Shown piece after piece: positions 39,736 to 50,113 of a DNA stretch of 57,449 nucleotides; the first letter of the stretch is position 1, and every line of letters starts with the position of its first letter. Origin of the DNA: Treponema sp. (GTDB taxonomy: Bacteria; Spirochaetota; Spirochaetia; Treponematales; Breznakiellaceae). The stretch covers positions 1-57,449 of the forward strand of contig JAIRLU010000125.1 in assembly GCA_031259215.1 (NCBI GenBank), written 5' to 3'. The position numbers and the translations under genes are program-made. The notes beneath the pieces are model-generated. The model was not told the origin of the DNA and ran no database searches. It worked only from the letters and a program-made list of their open reading frames with translations.

Positions 39736-40710
39736 TCACCGATCCTCGTACCCAAGATGTAAGGTATGCGCGAGAGAAGCCGCCCATGCGGAAACGCTGA
39801 ATTCCCCTTCCCGTGGGGGTTCTCCCGGTGCTTCCGTGGGGGTAATGCCCCATTCCTTGAGGATTTCTGCCGCAGAGGAGATCACCTGCGCCCCTTCTGC
39901 GGCGAGTTTTCGGGTCCCTGCCCCCTGGAGAGAGGCGATTCCTGCAGAAGCCACCCAGAGGTCTCGACCCTGTTCCAGAACAAAACGAGCGGTGATGAGG
40001 GCCCCAGAAGATTCTGGAGCTTCCACAACCACGGTTCCCCGGGCAAGGGCGGAGATGATCCGGTTTCGGGCAGGAAAATGCCATTTCCGCGGGGTGGTTC
40101 CCGGAGGATATTCGCTCAGCAAGACCCCTCCCTGTTCAATGATACGCCGGGCCAGGAGCCGATTCCCCGCAGGGTACACTTCATCCAAGCCCGAACCCAA
40201 CACCGCGATAGTAGGCGCGCCGCCGTCGCTGTTTCCCCGATGAGCCATCCCGTCAATACCCAAGGCAAGTCCTGCAATCACCGGAATCCCCGCATGGCCG
40301 AGGGTCTTGGCCATATCGTATGCCTGGGTCAGGGCTGCCGCAGAAGGATGCCGGGTTCCTACAATGCCCACTATGGGTAGCTCAGGATTGGGGAGCTGTC
40401 CCCGATAAAACAGTATAGCCGGAGGGTCATAGATCTCCCGAAGCAGCGGCGGATATGAGGGGCTCACATAGGAAACATAGCCAATACCCCGCATGCGGGC
40501 TACTGTGGCATCCCGTTCTGCCTGGGCGTACACCGCCTCCAGATCCCAAGGCTGCGTCAGAGAACGGCCTATCAAGGTTTCTATCGCTTTTTTGGAAAGT
40601 CCCCACAAATCCGCTTCCTCCTTACAGTGGATGCAGATCCGTACCCGTTCAGCAGGAGTAAGCCGGGGAATTCGTCCTATCATTACATCCACTAAGCCTC
40701 GATCAGCCAT
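39736..40710 (-). CDS. dprA: DNA-processing protein DprA (Smf).
   Basis: IVGIVGTRHPSAAALTQAYDMAKTLGHAGIPVIAGLALGIDGMAHRG matches the Rossmann-like DprA core. Confidence 0.85.
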   Translation of the reverse strand: MADRGLVDVMIGRIPRLTPAERVRICIHCKEEADLWGLSKKAIETLIGRSLTQPWDLEAVYAQAERDATVARMRGIGYVSYVSPSYPPLLREIYDPPAILFYRGQLPNPELPIVGIVGTRHPSAAALTQAYDMAKTLGHAGIPVIAGLALGIDGMAHRGNSDGGAPTIAVLGSGLDEVYPAGNRLLARRIIEQGGVLLSEYPPGTTPRKWHFPARNRIISALARGTVVVEAPESSGALITARFVLEQGRDLWVASAGIASLQGAGTRKLAAEGAQVISSAAEILKEWGITPTEAPGEPPREGEFSVSAWAASLAHTLHLGYEDR

Positions 40711-41473
40711 AGAGTAACCCTAGCACCACCGCTTTATTCTGTTCTGCATCGGAACGCTTCTTGGGATCCTTGGTAATCTGGAGAATTCGGTCATAGAGGT
40801 CTACTGCACCATCATACCGGTTGGTCATATAATAAGCCCGTGCCAAGATAAACATACCATCCACCTCATTTTTCGCCAGTTCCACATACCGTTCCAAGTG
40901 GGGAATGGCCTCTTCAGGACGGTTAAGCTCGAACACATACAATATCCCCAAGCCATACCGGGGCCGAGCATACCGGTCGTCCAACTCAATAGCCCTGAGA
41001 AAGGCCCCCTCTGCAAGCTCAAAATAGCGTATCCGCCGGTTATCACCCCCTCCGATCTCCGGACTACCATAGGAGGCTTTCGCCATAATCCCTGCGGAAA
41101 GTCCCCGTAGGTAATGGGGGGTCGGATCCGCAGGCGTATAGTAAATAGCCCGTTCCAGGGCATCCAAAGCTTCACCGTGCAGACCCCGGTCCTGTAAACG
41201 GGTAGCCAAAATTTTCCAATACACTCCGGTCTGGGCAGCATCTTTTACATGTTGTTCAACCTTTGCTTCATAGAGGGCTATGGCCTCCCGCAGCCTCTCG
41301 ATAGTCGTCGGCGGGCCTCCTCCCGGAGGCCCGAGTTCGGCAATCCGGGTCGCCAAGGTATCTCGGAACCGATACTTCCGGTATATATGGATACCAAGCA
41401 CCAGGGTCCCTATTACCAGAATCACGACCATACCGATCACCGCATCTTTTTTAATTTTCATACCATACCTCAT
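40703..41473 (-). CDS. Membrane-anchored tetratricopeptide-repeat protein.
   Basis: An N-terminal TM segment (VIGMVVILVIGTLVLGIHIY), followed by TPR-like A/Y/L periodic repeats. Confidence 0.6.
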   Translation of the reverse strand: MRYGMKIKKDAVIGMVVILVIGTLVLGIHIYRKYRFRDTLATRIAELGPPGGGPPTTIERLREAIALYEAKVEQHVKDAAQTGVYWKILATRLQDRGLHGEALDALERAIYYTPADPTPHYLRGLSAGIMAKASYGSPEIGGGDNRRIRYFELAEGAFLRAIELDDRYARPRYGLGILYVFELNRPEEAIPHLERYVELAKNEVDGMFILARAYYMTNRYDGAVDLYDRILQITKDPKKRSDAEQNKAVVLGLLYG

Positions 41474-42402
41474 CCCCTATCTTCAGGATCACTTCGATAC
41501 CTACCAGCTGCCCATAACTTCGGCATATAGTGCCGATGCTGTTCCTTAAGCAGAGAACCATCCACATGGGTATAGATTTGGGTGGTGGTCAAATCCGCAT
41601 GGCCTAAAAGTTCCTGTACCGACCGCAGATCCGCACCACCTGCCAATAAGTCGGTGGCAAAGGTGTGCCGTAAGGTATGAAGCTTGGAACTCACTCCCAC
41701 AGGAACCGTAGTGTGGGCATAGGTCTTCCACATCCCCTTCCGAGAAAGCCGCCTGCCGATCCTGCTGATAAACAGGGCGGAACTCTGCTTGGAACCGGCA
41801 AGCTGTGGCCGAGCTTCCATTATGTAGCGTTTTAACCAGGACGCAGCCTCCTCCCCAAAGATGGCGAATCGCTCTTTGTTTCCTTTTCCCCGGACAATAA
41901 TGAGCCCTTCAGAAAACATAATATCCCGTAGATTCAGGGAAACCGCCTCTGAAACCCGTAAACCTGCAGAATAGATAAGCTCATAGAGGGCTCGATTCCG
42001 CAATCCCCAGGGAGTACTGGTATCAATCAGTCCCAGCACCTGCTCCACCGATTCCCGGGTAAGTACCGGGGGCAGCCGGATCCCCCATCGGGGAGATTCC
42101 AGGATACCTGCCGGGTTATCGGTCCTGATATGCTCATCTATGATAAAACGAAAAAAAGAACGAAGCCCGGCGATGATTTTAGCGGTAGTTCGGGACCCGA
42201 TACGGTCTTGGGTACGGCGCCGTTCCAAGTAACGAACCAGTGTCAGGGTATCTACCGTTTCAAGACATACCTGGGTTTCGGTAAGCCAGTCCAAAAAGAG
42301 ACGAATCTCTCCGGTATAGGTTGCAACGGTGAGGGGTGCCCGGTGTTCTCCGTGGATAAGTCGGGAATAATACTGTTCCAGGAGATCCTGTGGATGTACC
42401 AC
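41470..42402 (-). CDS. xerD: XerD-type tyrosine recombinase.
   Basis: Motifs AGLRVSE, HTLRHTFATDLL and LLGHADLTTTQIYTHV. Confidence 0.75.
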   Translation of the reverse strand: MVHPQDLLEQYYSRLIHGEHRAPLTVATYTGEIRLFLDWLTETQVCLETVDTLTLVRYLERRRTQDRIGSRTTAKIIAGLRSFFRFIIDEHIRTDNPAGILESPRWGIRLPPVLTRESVEQVLGLIDTSTPWGLRNRALYELIYSAGLRVSEAVSLNLRDIMFSEGLIIVRGKGNKERFAIFGEEAASWLKRYIMEARPQLAGSKQSSALFISRIGRRLSRKGMWKTYAHTTVPVGVSSKLHTLRHTFATDLLAGGADLRSVQELLGHADLTTTQIYTHVDGSLLKEQHRHYMPKLWAAGRYRSDPEDRG

Positions 42403-42404
42403 CC

Positions 42405-43622
42405 CTATGCTTCCTTACCGGCCCCTGATACGGAGGCATCTCTATGAAGGTTGCTGTACTTCCGATCCCGGATTACCGTGGGAACCTCCAGATCATCCTC
42501 CTGATAACTACTATTCCGGGAGGAAATAAATTCCGTCCGTTTGGTCCGTTCCCGGATCTTTTCCCATTCATTAATATCAATGAAATCACTTTCCGCAGGC
42601 TTAACCGGTTCCCGGACCGGTCCCTTTTGGGGGGACTTTACGGCTTCCGTTTGAAAGCCGGTGGCAATAACCGTGACCCGTAACTTATCTTCCAGCGCGG
42701 TGTCAAGGGTTGACCCTACAATAATCACCGCTTCTGAATCAGCCTTTGCCGTAATAAGATTGACCACTTCCTGAAATTCAACGAGGGAAAAATCCTCGCC
42801 CCCGGAAACATTCACCAAGATCCGGGTGGCCCCTTCAATAGCGGTATCTTCCAAGAGGGGATTATCCACCGCTGCAGTGGCTGCTTCTGAGGCTCGATTA
42901 TCCCCGCTCCCATAACCTATGCCCATGAGGGCATCTCCCTGACCTTGAATAATCGCTTCTACATCGGCAAAGTCAATGTTAATAAGCCCGGTTTGATTCA
43001 CCAGATCCGAGATACCTTGTACTCCTTGCCGGAGTACATCATCAGCCTTGAGAAACGCCTCGGTGATGGGGGTTCGCCGCTCCACAATATTAAGGAGATG
43101 TTGATTAGGGATGATGATAAGGGTGTCCACTGCTTCCCGGAGTTTGGTAATCCCCGCCTCGGCCAGACGCATCCTGAAACGACCCTCAAACTCAAAGGGT
43201 TTGGTTACTACCCCCACGGTCAGGGCCCCGCACTCTTTGGCGATCCGAGCGATGACCGGTGCGGATCCCGTCCCCGTCCCGCCGCCCATGCCTGCGGTTA
43301 CGAAGACCATATTGGACCCTTTGAGGACTTCGGCGATCATCTCTTGGTCGTCATTGGCCGCCTTTTCACCGATCTCCGGTTTTCCTCCCGCCCCTCGGCC
43401 TCCGGTGAATTTAGCGCCGATCTGCAATTTCTTGTTAGCCTTGCATTTATTCAGATCCTGCACATCCGTATTGACGGCGATAAATTCCACTCCCTGTAAA
43501 CCACAGCTAATCATACGGTTTACGGCGTTAGAACCGCCACCACCGGTACCGATGACCTTAATGATCGCCGGACTTGGGTTTGTTAGTTTTTCATCATGCA
43601 CTTCAATATTCATAAAATTCAT
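42405..43622 (-). CDS. ftsZ: Cell division GTPase FtsZ.
   Basis: Motifs [24 protein letters not shown] and NVDFADV-like. The start is placed at MNFMNIE. Confidence 0.9.
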   Translation of the reverse strand: MNFMNIEVHDEKLTNPSPAIIKVIGTGGGGSNAVNRMISCGLQGVEFIAVNTDVQDLNKCKANKKLQIGAKFTGGRGAGGKPEIGEKAANDDQEMIAEVLKGSNMVFVTAGMGGGTGTGSAPVIARIAKECGALTVGVVTKPFEFEGRFRMRLAEAGITKLREAVDTLIIIPNQHLLNIVERRTPITEAFLKADDVLRQGVQGISDLVNQTGLINIDFADVEAIIQGQGDALMGIGYGSGDNRASEAATAAVDNPLLEDTAIEGATRILVNVSGGEDFSLVEFQEVVNLITAKADSEAVIIVGSTLDTALEDKLRVTVIATGFQTEAVKSPQKGPVREPVKPAESDFIDINEWEKIRERTKRTEFISSRNSSYQEDDLEVPTVIRDRKYSNLHRDASVSGAGKEA

Positions 43623-43711
43623 ACATCCCTCCCAAATCACCCTTTTGATTTTTTATTTATAACTATAGTACGAAGTCTAGACACCAAATGAGTCTAGTAC
43701 AACCCGTTACC

Positions 43712-44953
43712 CTAAAAAAACTCATTCTTGAACCAGTCGATGATGCGCCGCACCTTAGTGGGCCGCCCTTTGTCTCGACCATGGAGTTCTCCTCCCCGTT
43801 CAGGAGTATTCCTGCGCTCCCGATCATCCCCTTCCAACACGAGTCCCACAGCAGTAGCATAGATAGGACTGCGGTAGTCTTCCACCAAGCCTCCCACGGG
43901 AAGGGGGCTCCCTATTCTTACCGGTAACTTAAAGATATGAGCAGCTAATTCTGCAGCCCCCAAGAGCTGGGCTCCCCCGCCGGTCAAGACAATACCTCCG
44001 CCCAAAGGTCTTGAAAGGGAAAGTTTATCCAACTTATCCTTGACCATCTTGAAAATCTCCTCCATTCTGGGCCGGATGATCGCCAGGATCTGGGATTTTG
44101 GTATGGGCATCGGAGGCCGCCCCCCGACTCCCGGGACAATCACCTCTTCATCCTCTTCAAACAAGCCTTCCCAACAGCATCCCGTATCAATTTTAATCCG
44201 CTCTGCCGTTTCAAAAGAGATATTCTTCACCTTAGATATATCACTGGTGATCATCCCTCCTCCGGCAGGAATGGTAACATTTGAATAGGGGGCTCCATCG
44301 GCATAGACCAGTACATCCGTGGTCCCTCCCCCAAGGTCAAGCAGGGCCACGCCGATCTCTTTCTCCTCCAGGGTCAGTACGGACCTGCTCGCCGCCAAGG
44401 ACTGGAGGATGAGATCATTCACAATGAACCCTGCCCGGTTTACGCATTTTATCAAATTCTGAGCACTCGTTACTGAACAGGTAATGATATGTACCTCTGC
44501 TTCGAGACGCACCCCAATCATGTCCAGGGGATCCCGGATACCCCGCTGATCGTCTACGATATAACTCTGCGGAATCACCTCAAGGACCTGCCGATCCATG
44601 GGAATAACCACTGCTCGGGCCGCTTCCAGGACCCGATTGATATCCTCTTGACCGATCTCCCGAGTCTCCCGGGCTTTTCCGGTAACCGCCACCACCCCTC
44701 GAGAATTGATCCCATCGATATGGTTACCCCCGATTCCGGTCCAGCATACCTCAACTTCCCGGCCGCTCATCATTTCTGCTGCCTCAATAGCGGCAGCAAC
44801 CGACCGGAGGGTAGCCTCAATATTGACCACCACCCCTTTTCGCAGTCCTGTGGACGGACATACCCCCACACCGGTAATTTCGAGAATGCCATGTTCATTA
44901 CGCTCGCCAATCACGGCGCAGGCCTTAGTCGTCCCTATATCGAGGCCGACCAC
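43712..44953 (-). CDS. ftsA: Cell division protein FtsA.
   Basis: Actin-fold motifs (VGLDIGTTK, DLGGGTTD, GGGAQL). The start is GTG. Confidence 0.9.
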   Translation of the reverse strand: MVGLDIGTTKACAVIGERNEHGILEITGVGVCPSTGLRKGVVVNIEATLRSVAAAIEAAEMMSGREVEVCWTGIGGNHIDGINSRGVVAVTGKARETREIGQEDINRVLEAARAVVIPMDRQVLEVIPQSYIVDDQRGIRDPLDMIGVRLEAEVHIITCSVTSAQNLIKCVNRAGFIVNDLILQSLAASRSVLTLEEKEIGVALLDLGGGTTDVLVYADGAPYSNVTIPAGGGMITSDISKVKNISFETAERIKIDTGCCWEGLFEEDEEVIVPGVGGRPPMPIPKSQILAIIRPRMEEIFKMVKDKLDKLSLSRPLGGGIVLTGGGAQLLGAAELAAHIFKLPVRIGSPLPVGGLVEDYRSPIYATAVGLVLEGDDRERRNTPERGGELHGRDKGRPTKVRRIIDWFKNEFF

Positions 44954-44963
44954 TAATCCATCA

Positions 44964-45830
44964 TTAGCCAGAAGATGCCCCCTTTATCGTATAGGATGCC
45001 GTACCAGTTCTAAAATCGATCTCCTCAATTTTGGCGCCTTTTGAAACACATACATCTACCACTAACAATACATAGCGAAGCATGCTTTCATTTAAATCCG
45101 ATCCCAATCGAATCCTCACAGGATTGTGAACAGGATAGAGGATAACATCATAACTGTCAAAGGCCTTCCGGGTTAGGGTGATCTCCGAAATAGCCGCCAA
45201 CAGTTCCGGAGCAGCCTCCTGTATGCGGGCAAGATTGGACAACAACGCCCTGGGCATGAGAGGAAGCTGCATCCCTACGAAGGGCTGTTCCGTGAGCAGC
45301 CCGGTTATAATCGGTATGGATAGGGAGGCAGCGGTTTCCTGGGCTTCATACCCGATCTTGAAGACCACCCCCCGATGGTCAAAAAAGACAGGGTATACCT
45401 TGCCGTTTACCATCACAAAGGACAAGGCCACTGCTTTACGGCCTTCTAACACTATCCGTACCGAATTGGGGAAACCCTTAATCACCTTGGCAGAGGCTAC
45501 GGTCGATAGGGCCTTCAAATAGGCTTCCGCTCTCCGGGAATTCACCGATATATAGGAGGATCGTCGGGTGATTCCCGCTTGTTTAAGCACCATGGCTACA
45601 TCCAATTCCGGCATTCCTGTTACTTCTATTCGGGACAAAGGCAGACACGGATTAACCACCAAGAGTAAGAGCAACTCCCCGCCGATGATGGCCACAATAA
45701 CGATGATGATCCATTTCAGGGCCTTTTCTATGAGAGAGGTATCTGCCGATTCATCCGCTGCTGTTTCTATATCATCGGATAAGAAGTCAGGGGATAATAT
45801 ATCTTCGGTAAAAATATTATCATCGGACAT
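44964..45830 (-). CDS. ftsQ: FtsQ-like cell division protein (single TM segment plus POTRA).
   Basis: A TM segment (WIIIVIVAIIGGELLLLLVV) followed by a POTRA-like IEVTG region. It sits between ftsW and ftsA. The start is uncertain (45830 or 45854). Confidence 0.65.
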   Translation of the reverse strand: MSDDNIFTEDILSPDFLSDDIETAADESADTSLIEKALKWIIIVIVAIIGGELLLLLVVNPCLPLSRIEVTGMPELDVAMVLKQAGITRRSSYISVNSRRAEAYLKALSTVASAKVIKGFPNSVRIVLEGRKAVALSFVMVNGKVYPVFFDHRGVVFKIGYEAQETAASLSIPIITGLLTEQPFVGMQLPLMPRALLSNLARIQEAAPELLAAISEITLTRKAFDSYDVILYPVHNPVRIRLGSDLNESMLRYVLLVVDVCVSKGAKIEEIDFRTGTASYTIKGASSG

Positions 45831-47034
45831 GGGATACCTCAGGATCACCGGCATACCAGCTTTCCGGTCTGGCAGTGTATTTCATGGTCGAAGGACCAAA
45901 GGTCTTTGGTCCTTCCCGGGACCGGGAAATATTGACGATGATCCCTGCCCCAATGAGGGTAGTTATCAGGGACGAACCTCCGGCAGAAAAAAACGGCAAG
46001 GGAATCCCCGTAGCAGGGATTGACCCGGAAACCACCGCAATATTTACCAGGGCCTGAAACACGATCATGGTAACCAGCCCAAAGGCCAAAAGCCGGCGAT
46101 AGACCCCCTCGGCCCGCATAGCCGCCCGGTATCCTCGAACAGCAAAAACCCCAAAGAGCAGCACAAAGAACAAGATCCCTAAAAAACCCATCTCCTCCGC
46201 AAAGGAGGAAAAAATAAAATCTGATTGAACTTCAGGGACTCCGGCAAATTTTCGTATCCCATGCCCTATCCCTTTACCCCAGAATCCGCCGGATGCAATG
46301 GTGGTAATAGAAGCCCGAACCTGATACCCGGCGCCATGAGGTTCCCAGGTTGGATTAAGATAGCTGATAATCCGCCTAAACCGGTGTTCCTTCGTTAATA
46401 TCAACAGCAGGGCAAAAGGCAGGAACATGAAGAGCCCGCTGAGGAAGTAACGATATTTCACTCCTGCCATATAAAAAATCAGCACCCCATTCATCGCAAT
46501 GAATGCGGCAGTGGAAAAGTTGTTTTGCCAAGAAATTAATATAATGAACACCGCGGTAATACAAAAGGGCGGCAAAATACCCTTCGTTAACGAATGAATC
46601 TGCTCCTGCTTCTTATCGAAAATGTGGGCCAAATACAGGGGCAACACCAGCTTGACCAGTTCTGACGGCTGAAAGGTCTCGGAACCGATACGGAACCATC
46701 GGGAAGCGCCATTTTTCGTTACGCCCACCACCGGCAGCAGGGGAAGGATACAGAGTATAATCGTTCCCAGGACTGCAATCACCGGCAATCGATAGTCCCG
46801 TATCCAATCCAGATTAATCCGGGAAGTTACCAAGAACAGCACCAGCCCGGCTCCCAAAAAGAAGATCTGCCGGGATATTAGGTACAACCCGTTTTCAAAG
46901 AACCGTTCTGCGTATACATAAGAGGAAGAATAGAGGGTTACCATCCCCATGCCGGTAAGGAGGAAGATACTGGCAACCAAAATATGATCGGTATGGACCC
47001 GACGCGCTGTTTTTTCAACCGTAAAGCGATACAT
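45820..47034 (-). CDS. ftsW: SEDS-family peptidoglycan polymerase FtsW.
   Basis: A polytopic protein with motifs GASRWF..FQPSELVKL and IPATGIPLPFFSAGGSS. The dcw context supports the call. Confidence 0.85.
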   Translation of the reverse strand: MYRFTVEKTARRVHTDHILVASIFLLTGMGMVTLYSSSYVYAERFFENGLYLISRQIFFLGAGLVLFLVTSRINLDWIRDYRLPVIAVLGTIILCILPLLPVVGVTKNGASRWFRIGSETFQPSELVKLVLPLYLAHIFDKKQEQIHSLTKGILPPFCITAVFIILISWQNNFSTAAFIAMNGVLIFYMAGVKYRYFLSGLFMFLPFALLLILTKEHRFRRIISYLNPTWEPHGAGYQVRASITTIASGGFWGKGIGHGIRKFAGVPEVQSDFIFSSFAEEMGFLGILFFVLLFGVFAVRGYRAAMRAEGVYRRLLAFGLVTMIVFQALVNIAVVSGSIPATGIPLPFFSAGGSSLITTLIGAGIIVNISRSREGPKTFGPSTMKYTARPESWYAGDPEVSHVR

Positions 47035-47082
47035 AGGTTCTCTTCATTACTCCCTCGTGTGCCCCGGGCTTTTGCTTCATTG

Positions 47083-47193
47083 GACTTGTTCGATAACCTG
47101 GTTGGTTATCTCACAAGTCTTGCAAAATGCTCCGCATTTTGCTGTTTTTATCGGAATTTGTTCAAAAACTGAAGTTTTTGAACAACTCTATTG
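47083..47193 (+). repeat. Composite three-hairpin repeat, copy B. It lies between mraY and ftsW and overlaps the mraY stop codon.
   Basis: Nearly identical to copy A. Hairpin 1 is partly degraded (7 bp plus 2 bp). The central hairpin GCAAAATGC-tcc-GCATTTTGC is followed by TGTTTTT. Hairpin 3 is 12 bp with loop TGAA, where copy A has TTCA. Confidence 0.9.
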
Positions 47194-48267
47194 AATCTTC
47201 AACGTTGATACGGCAATGATGGCAAACAGCCCTCCCAAGATCCAAAACCGGATAACCACCTTGGTTTCCGCCCATCCGGATAATTCAAAGTGATGGTGCA
47301 GCGGAGCCATCTTAAACACCCGCTTCTTCCGCAGTTTATAAGAAATTACCTGGATGATTACCGAGGCAATTTCCAAAATAAAGACCCCTCCAATAATGAG
47401 AATCAGGATTTCCTTCTTAATAATCAAAGAGACAACCGCCGTAACCCCTCCCAAGGGGAGGCTCCCTACATCTCCCATGAAGACATCCGCCGGATGGGCA
47501 TTGAACCAGAGAAACCCGATACAGGCCCCCACTGCAGCGAGGCAGAAAACCGTCAATTCTCCTCCTCCGGTAATATAGGGGATCCCCAGGTAAGAGGAAT
47601 AATCCGCCCGCCCTGAAAGATAGGTAAGGATCCCTAAAGTAATAAATACCAGAATAAGGAGTCCCGCTGCAAGCCCATCAAGCCCATCAGAAAAATTCAC
47701 CGCATTGGATTCCCCCACGATAAGGAGTATCCCAAAAGGTATCCACAAGACCCCCAGATCCACTACAGGATTCTTGAAAAACGGAATATACAGGGCGGTG
47801 ATCCCCTCTTCCCCTGAAAAATACAGGAAAAGTACCACCCCAATGGCCACCGCAAACTGACCTGCCAGTTTTGCCCAGGCCGGTAAGCCTGCGGAATTAT
47901 GCCGCCGGACCTTGAGAAAATCGTCCATGAAACCGATGAATCCTAAAGCCACCAATGCCCCGCCGGTAAGCCACACCTTAGCATTTTTAAAATCCTGCCA
48001 CAAGAGCATCGAACAAATCATGGAAAAGATAATCAGGATCCCCCCCATAGTAGGAGTACCGGTTTTTTTCAAATGACTCTCAGGACCATCTTCCCGAACT
48101 GCTTGGCCTATCTTGAGTTTTTGAAGGGCTGCGATTATCCGGGGGCCCAAGATAAAACAGATGAGCAAGGTGGTTAAGGCCGCATAGGCGCCGCGGAATG
48201 AGAGGTACTGAAACACATTAAGAGGGGTGAAATATCTAACCAAGGGATAAATGAATTCCAGAAACAC
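47188..48267 (-). CDS. mraY: Phospho-N-acetylmuramoyl-pentapeptide transferase.
   Basis: 359 aa with motifs TPTMGG, NAVNFSDGLDGLA and MGDVGSLPLGG. Confidence 0.9.
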   Translation of the reverse strand: MFLEFIYPLVRYFTPLNVFQYLSFRGAYAALTTLLICFILGPRIIAALQKLKIGQAVREDGPESHLKKTGTPTMGGILIIFSMICSMLLWQDFKNAKVWLTGGALVALGFIGFMDDFLKVRRHNSAGLPAWAKLAGQFAVAIGVVLFLYFSGEEGITALYIPFFKNPVVDLGVLWIPFGILLIVGESNAVNFSDGLDGLAAGLLILVFITLGILTYLSGRADYSSYLGIPYITGGGELTVFCLAAVGACIGFLWFNAHPADVFMGDVGSLPLGGVTAVVSLIIKKEILILIIGGVFILEIASVIIQVISYKLRKKRVFKMAPLHHHFELSGWAETKVVIRFWILGGLFAIIAVSTLKIQ

Positions 48268-49797
48268 CTACACGCCTCCTGCTACCCTTTCATCGACCTT
48301 TACCGCATAAGCGCCCGTCACCACAGGGGTGAGTCTTTCCAATCCACAGGCCCGGGAACCCTTTAACAGGACCAGATCACCAGGCTGGATCTGGTCCGCC
48401 AGTACCTGGGATAAAGAAGTGAGACTATCGGTATAATAGAAACCTACCCTACCCGCTTCTCCTTGCCCGTTCCTCCTAAGGGCCTGTTCCAAGGCCGCTA
48501 CAGCCCCTCGGGTTTCGGATCCCACAAAACAGATCCAATCCGCCTTGGATGCTGCTAAGACCCGGCCAATTTCTGCATGAGCCTCCAGGGAAGCGCTTCC
48601 CAGTTCCAGCATAGAGCCGATTACATAAATCCGCCGTCCTTGCCAGTCAAGGTTATCGCAGAACCCAATAGCTTCCTGCATGGATTCAGGGCTGGCATTA
48701 TAACAATCCCGAATCACCGTAACCGGCCCACGGAGAATCTCACTCCGGCCAAAGAGAGCCTGTACCGATTCCAGTCCTCCTCGTATTGCCTGGGAACTGA
48801 CCGGGACTTCCTGGGCTATGGCAAGGGCTGCTAAGAGGTTCCGGATGTTATGCTTGCCTGAAAGCGGACAGTGAACCGGCATATCTTCCCACCGGAGGTC
48901 AATGCCCTCAAGACCTCGATCATGGAGATCCGCTAATTCCCTGAATACCTGAGGGCCATAGAAACACACCGTTCCCTTGATACCTGCAGCAAGAAAATCC
49001 CTATGAGGATCATCCTCCGGGATTAAGGCCCGTTCATTACCAGAAAACGCAGAAAAGATCCTCTTTTTTTCTTGAGCAATAGCCTGTTTACTACCGAGTA
49101 TGCCGATATGAGCGGATCCAATATTGGTAATCAGGGCGATATGAGGTTTAAGGACCTGGGCCAGTTCCCCTATCTCCCCTGGCCGGTTCATACCCATTTC
49201 AAAGATCCCCACCTGGTGATGGGGACGAACCTTAAAAACCGACAGGGGAAGTCCGGTCTCTGAATTCAGATTGCCTTGGTTCATCACCACCGACCGTTCC
49301 CGACCGATTATCGCCGCAGCAATCTCCTTGGTGGTGGTCTTTCCCGATGAACCGGTAATGCCGATTCGGAGCAACCGAGGGAACTGGGCCAGGTAGTACG
49401 CTGCGGCTTGCTGCAGGCCTCCCAGGGTATCTTCTACCACCAAGAGCACACCCTGGGCTTCCTGGGCGCGCTGCACGATCTCTAAGGCAGGATCTTCAAT
49501 GCGAGATCGGGCCACCATAGCCGCCTTGGCCCCTGCGGCAAACGCCGCCCCTACATACCGATGTCCATCCTGGACCGTACCTACCAGGGCGACAAAAAGG
49601 GCCCCCGGTACCACCTGCCGAGAATCAATACATACCGATGAACAAGCTGCTCCATGGATCGGATCTAGGGTTTCTTGAAAGGAGATGAGTTGTGCCCCCA
49701 GGGCCTTGGATACATCAGCCCAAGGGATCCCCATCCCCGGGTCCTTTGAGACCCGGTCTTCCCGCTTTTGTCCTGTCTCCCTCTGAGGATTATCCAT
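48268..49797 (-). CDS. murF: UDP-MurNAc-tripeptide--D-Ala-D-Ala ligase.
   Basis: ITGSSGKTTTKE plus the Mur ligase middle and C-terminal domains. The start is at MDNPQ and overlaps the end of ftsL. Confidence 0.8.
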   Translation of the reverse strand: MDNPQRETGQKREDRVSKDPGMGIPWADVSKALGAQLISFQETLDPIHGAACSSVCIDSRQVVPGALFVALVGTVQDGHRYVGAAFAAGAKAAMVARSRIEDPALEIVQRAQEAQGVLLVVEDTLGGLQQAAAYYLAQFPRLLRIGITGSSGKTTTKEIAAAIIGRERSVVMNQGNLNSETGLPLSVFKVRPHHQVGIFEMGMNRPGEIGELAQVLKPHIALITNIGSAHIGILGSKQAIAQEKKRIFSAFSGNERALIPEDDPHRDFLAAGIKGTVCFYGPQVFRELADLHDRGLEGIDLRWEDMPVHCPLSGKHNIRNLLAALAIAQEVPVSSQAIRGGLESVQALFGRSEILRGPVTVIRDCYNASPESMQEAIGFCDNLDWQGRRIYVIGSMLELGSASLEAHAEIGRVLAASKADWICFVGSETRGAVAALEQALRRNGQGEAGRVGFYYTDSLTSLSQVLADQIQPGDLVLLKGSRACGLERLTPVVTGAYAVKVDERVAGGV

Positions 49798-50083
49798 CAA
49801 GGCTCTTGCTCCCTTCAATTCGAATCTGCAATACATGTTCCGGATGTATTTTTGATAAACCTAATTCATTCTTAGCGATCTTTTCTATTCTCCCTGGGGA
49901 TGAAAGTACGGCAATTCCTGCAATAAGACTCTTATTGTTTTCTATCCATTCTACTTGATCCACTTCCAGTTGTCCCACTTGCCGTTCTAAAGCCGCATAC
50001 CGGGAGGATTGCCATGCCGTAATACCTAACAGCAGCGGGATGGTAAGAACCATAAAATATAAAAGTACCAGCTGCCCTTTCAC
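49790..50083 (-). CDS. ftsL: FtsL-like small bitopic division protein.
   Basis: 97 aa with one TM segment (LVLLYFMVLTIPLLLGI) followed by a coiled region. It sits between rsmH and murF. The start is GTG. Confidence 0.55.
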   Translation of the reverse strand: MKGQLVLLYFMVLTIPLLLGITAWQSSRYAALERQVGQLEVDQVEWIENNKSLIAGIAVLSSPGRIEKIAKNELGLSKIHPEHVLQIRIEGSKSLDG

Positions 50084-50113
50084 TGCATCTCCTTATACGG
50101 AAGGCCTACATCC

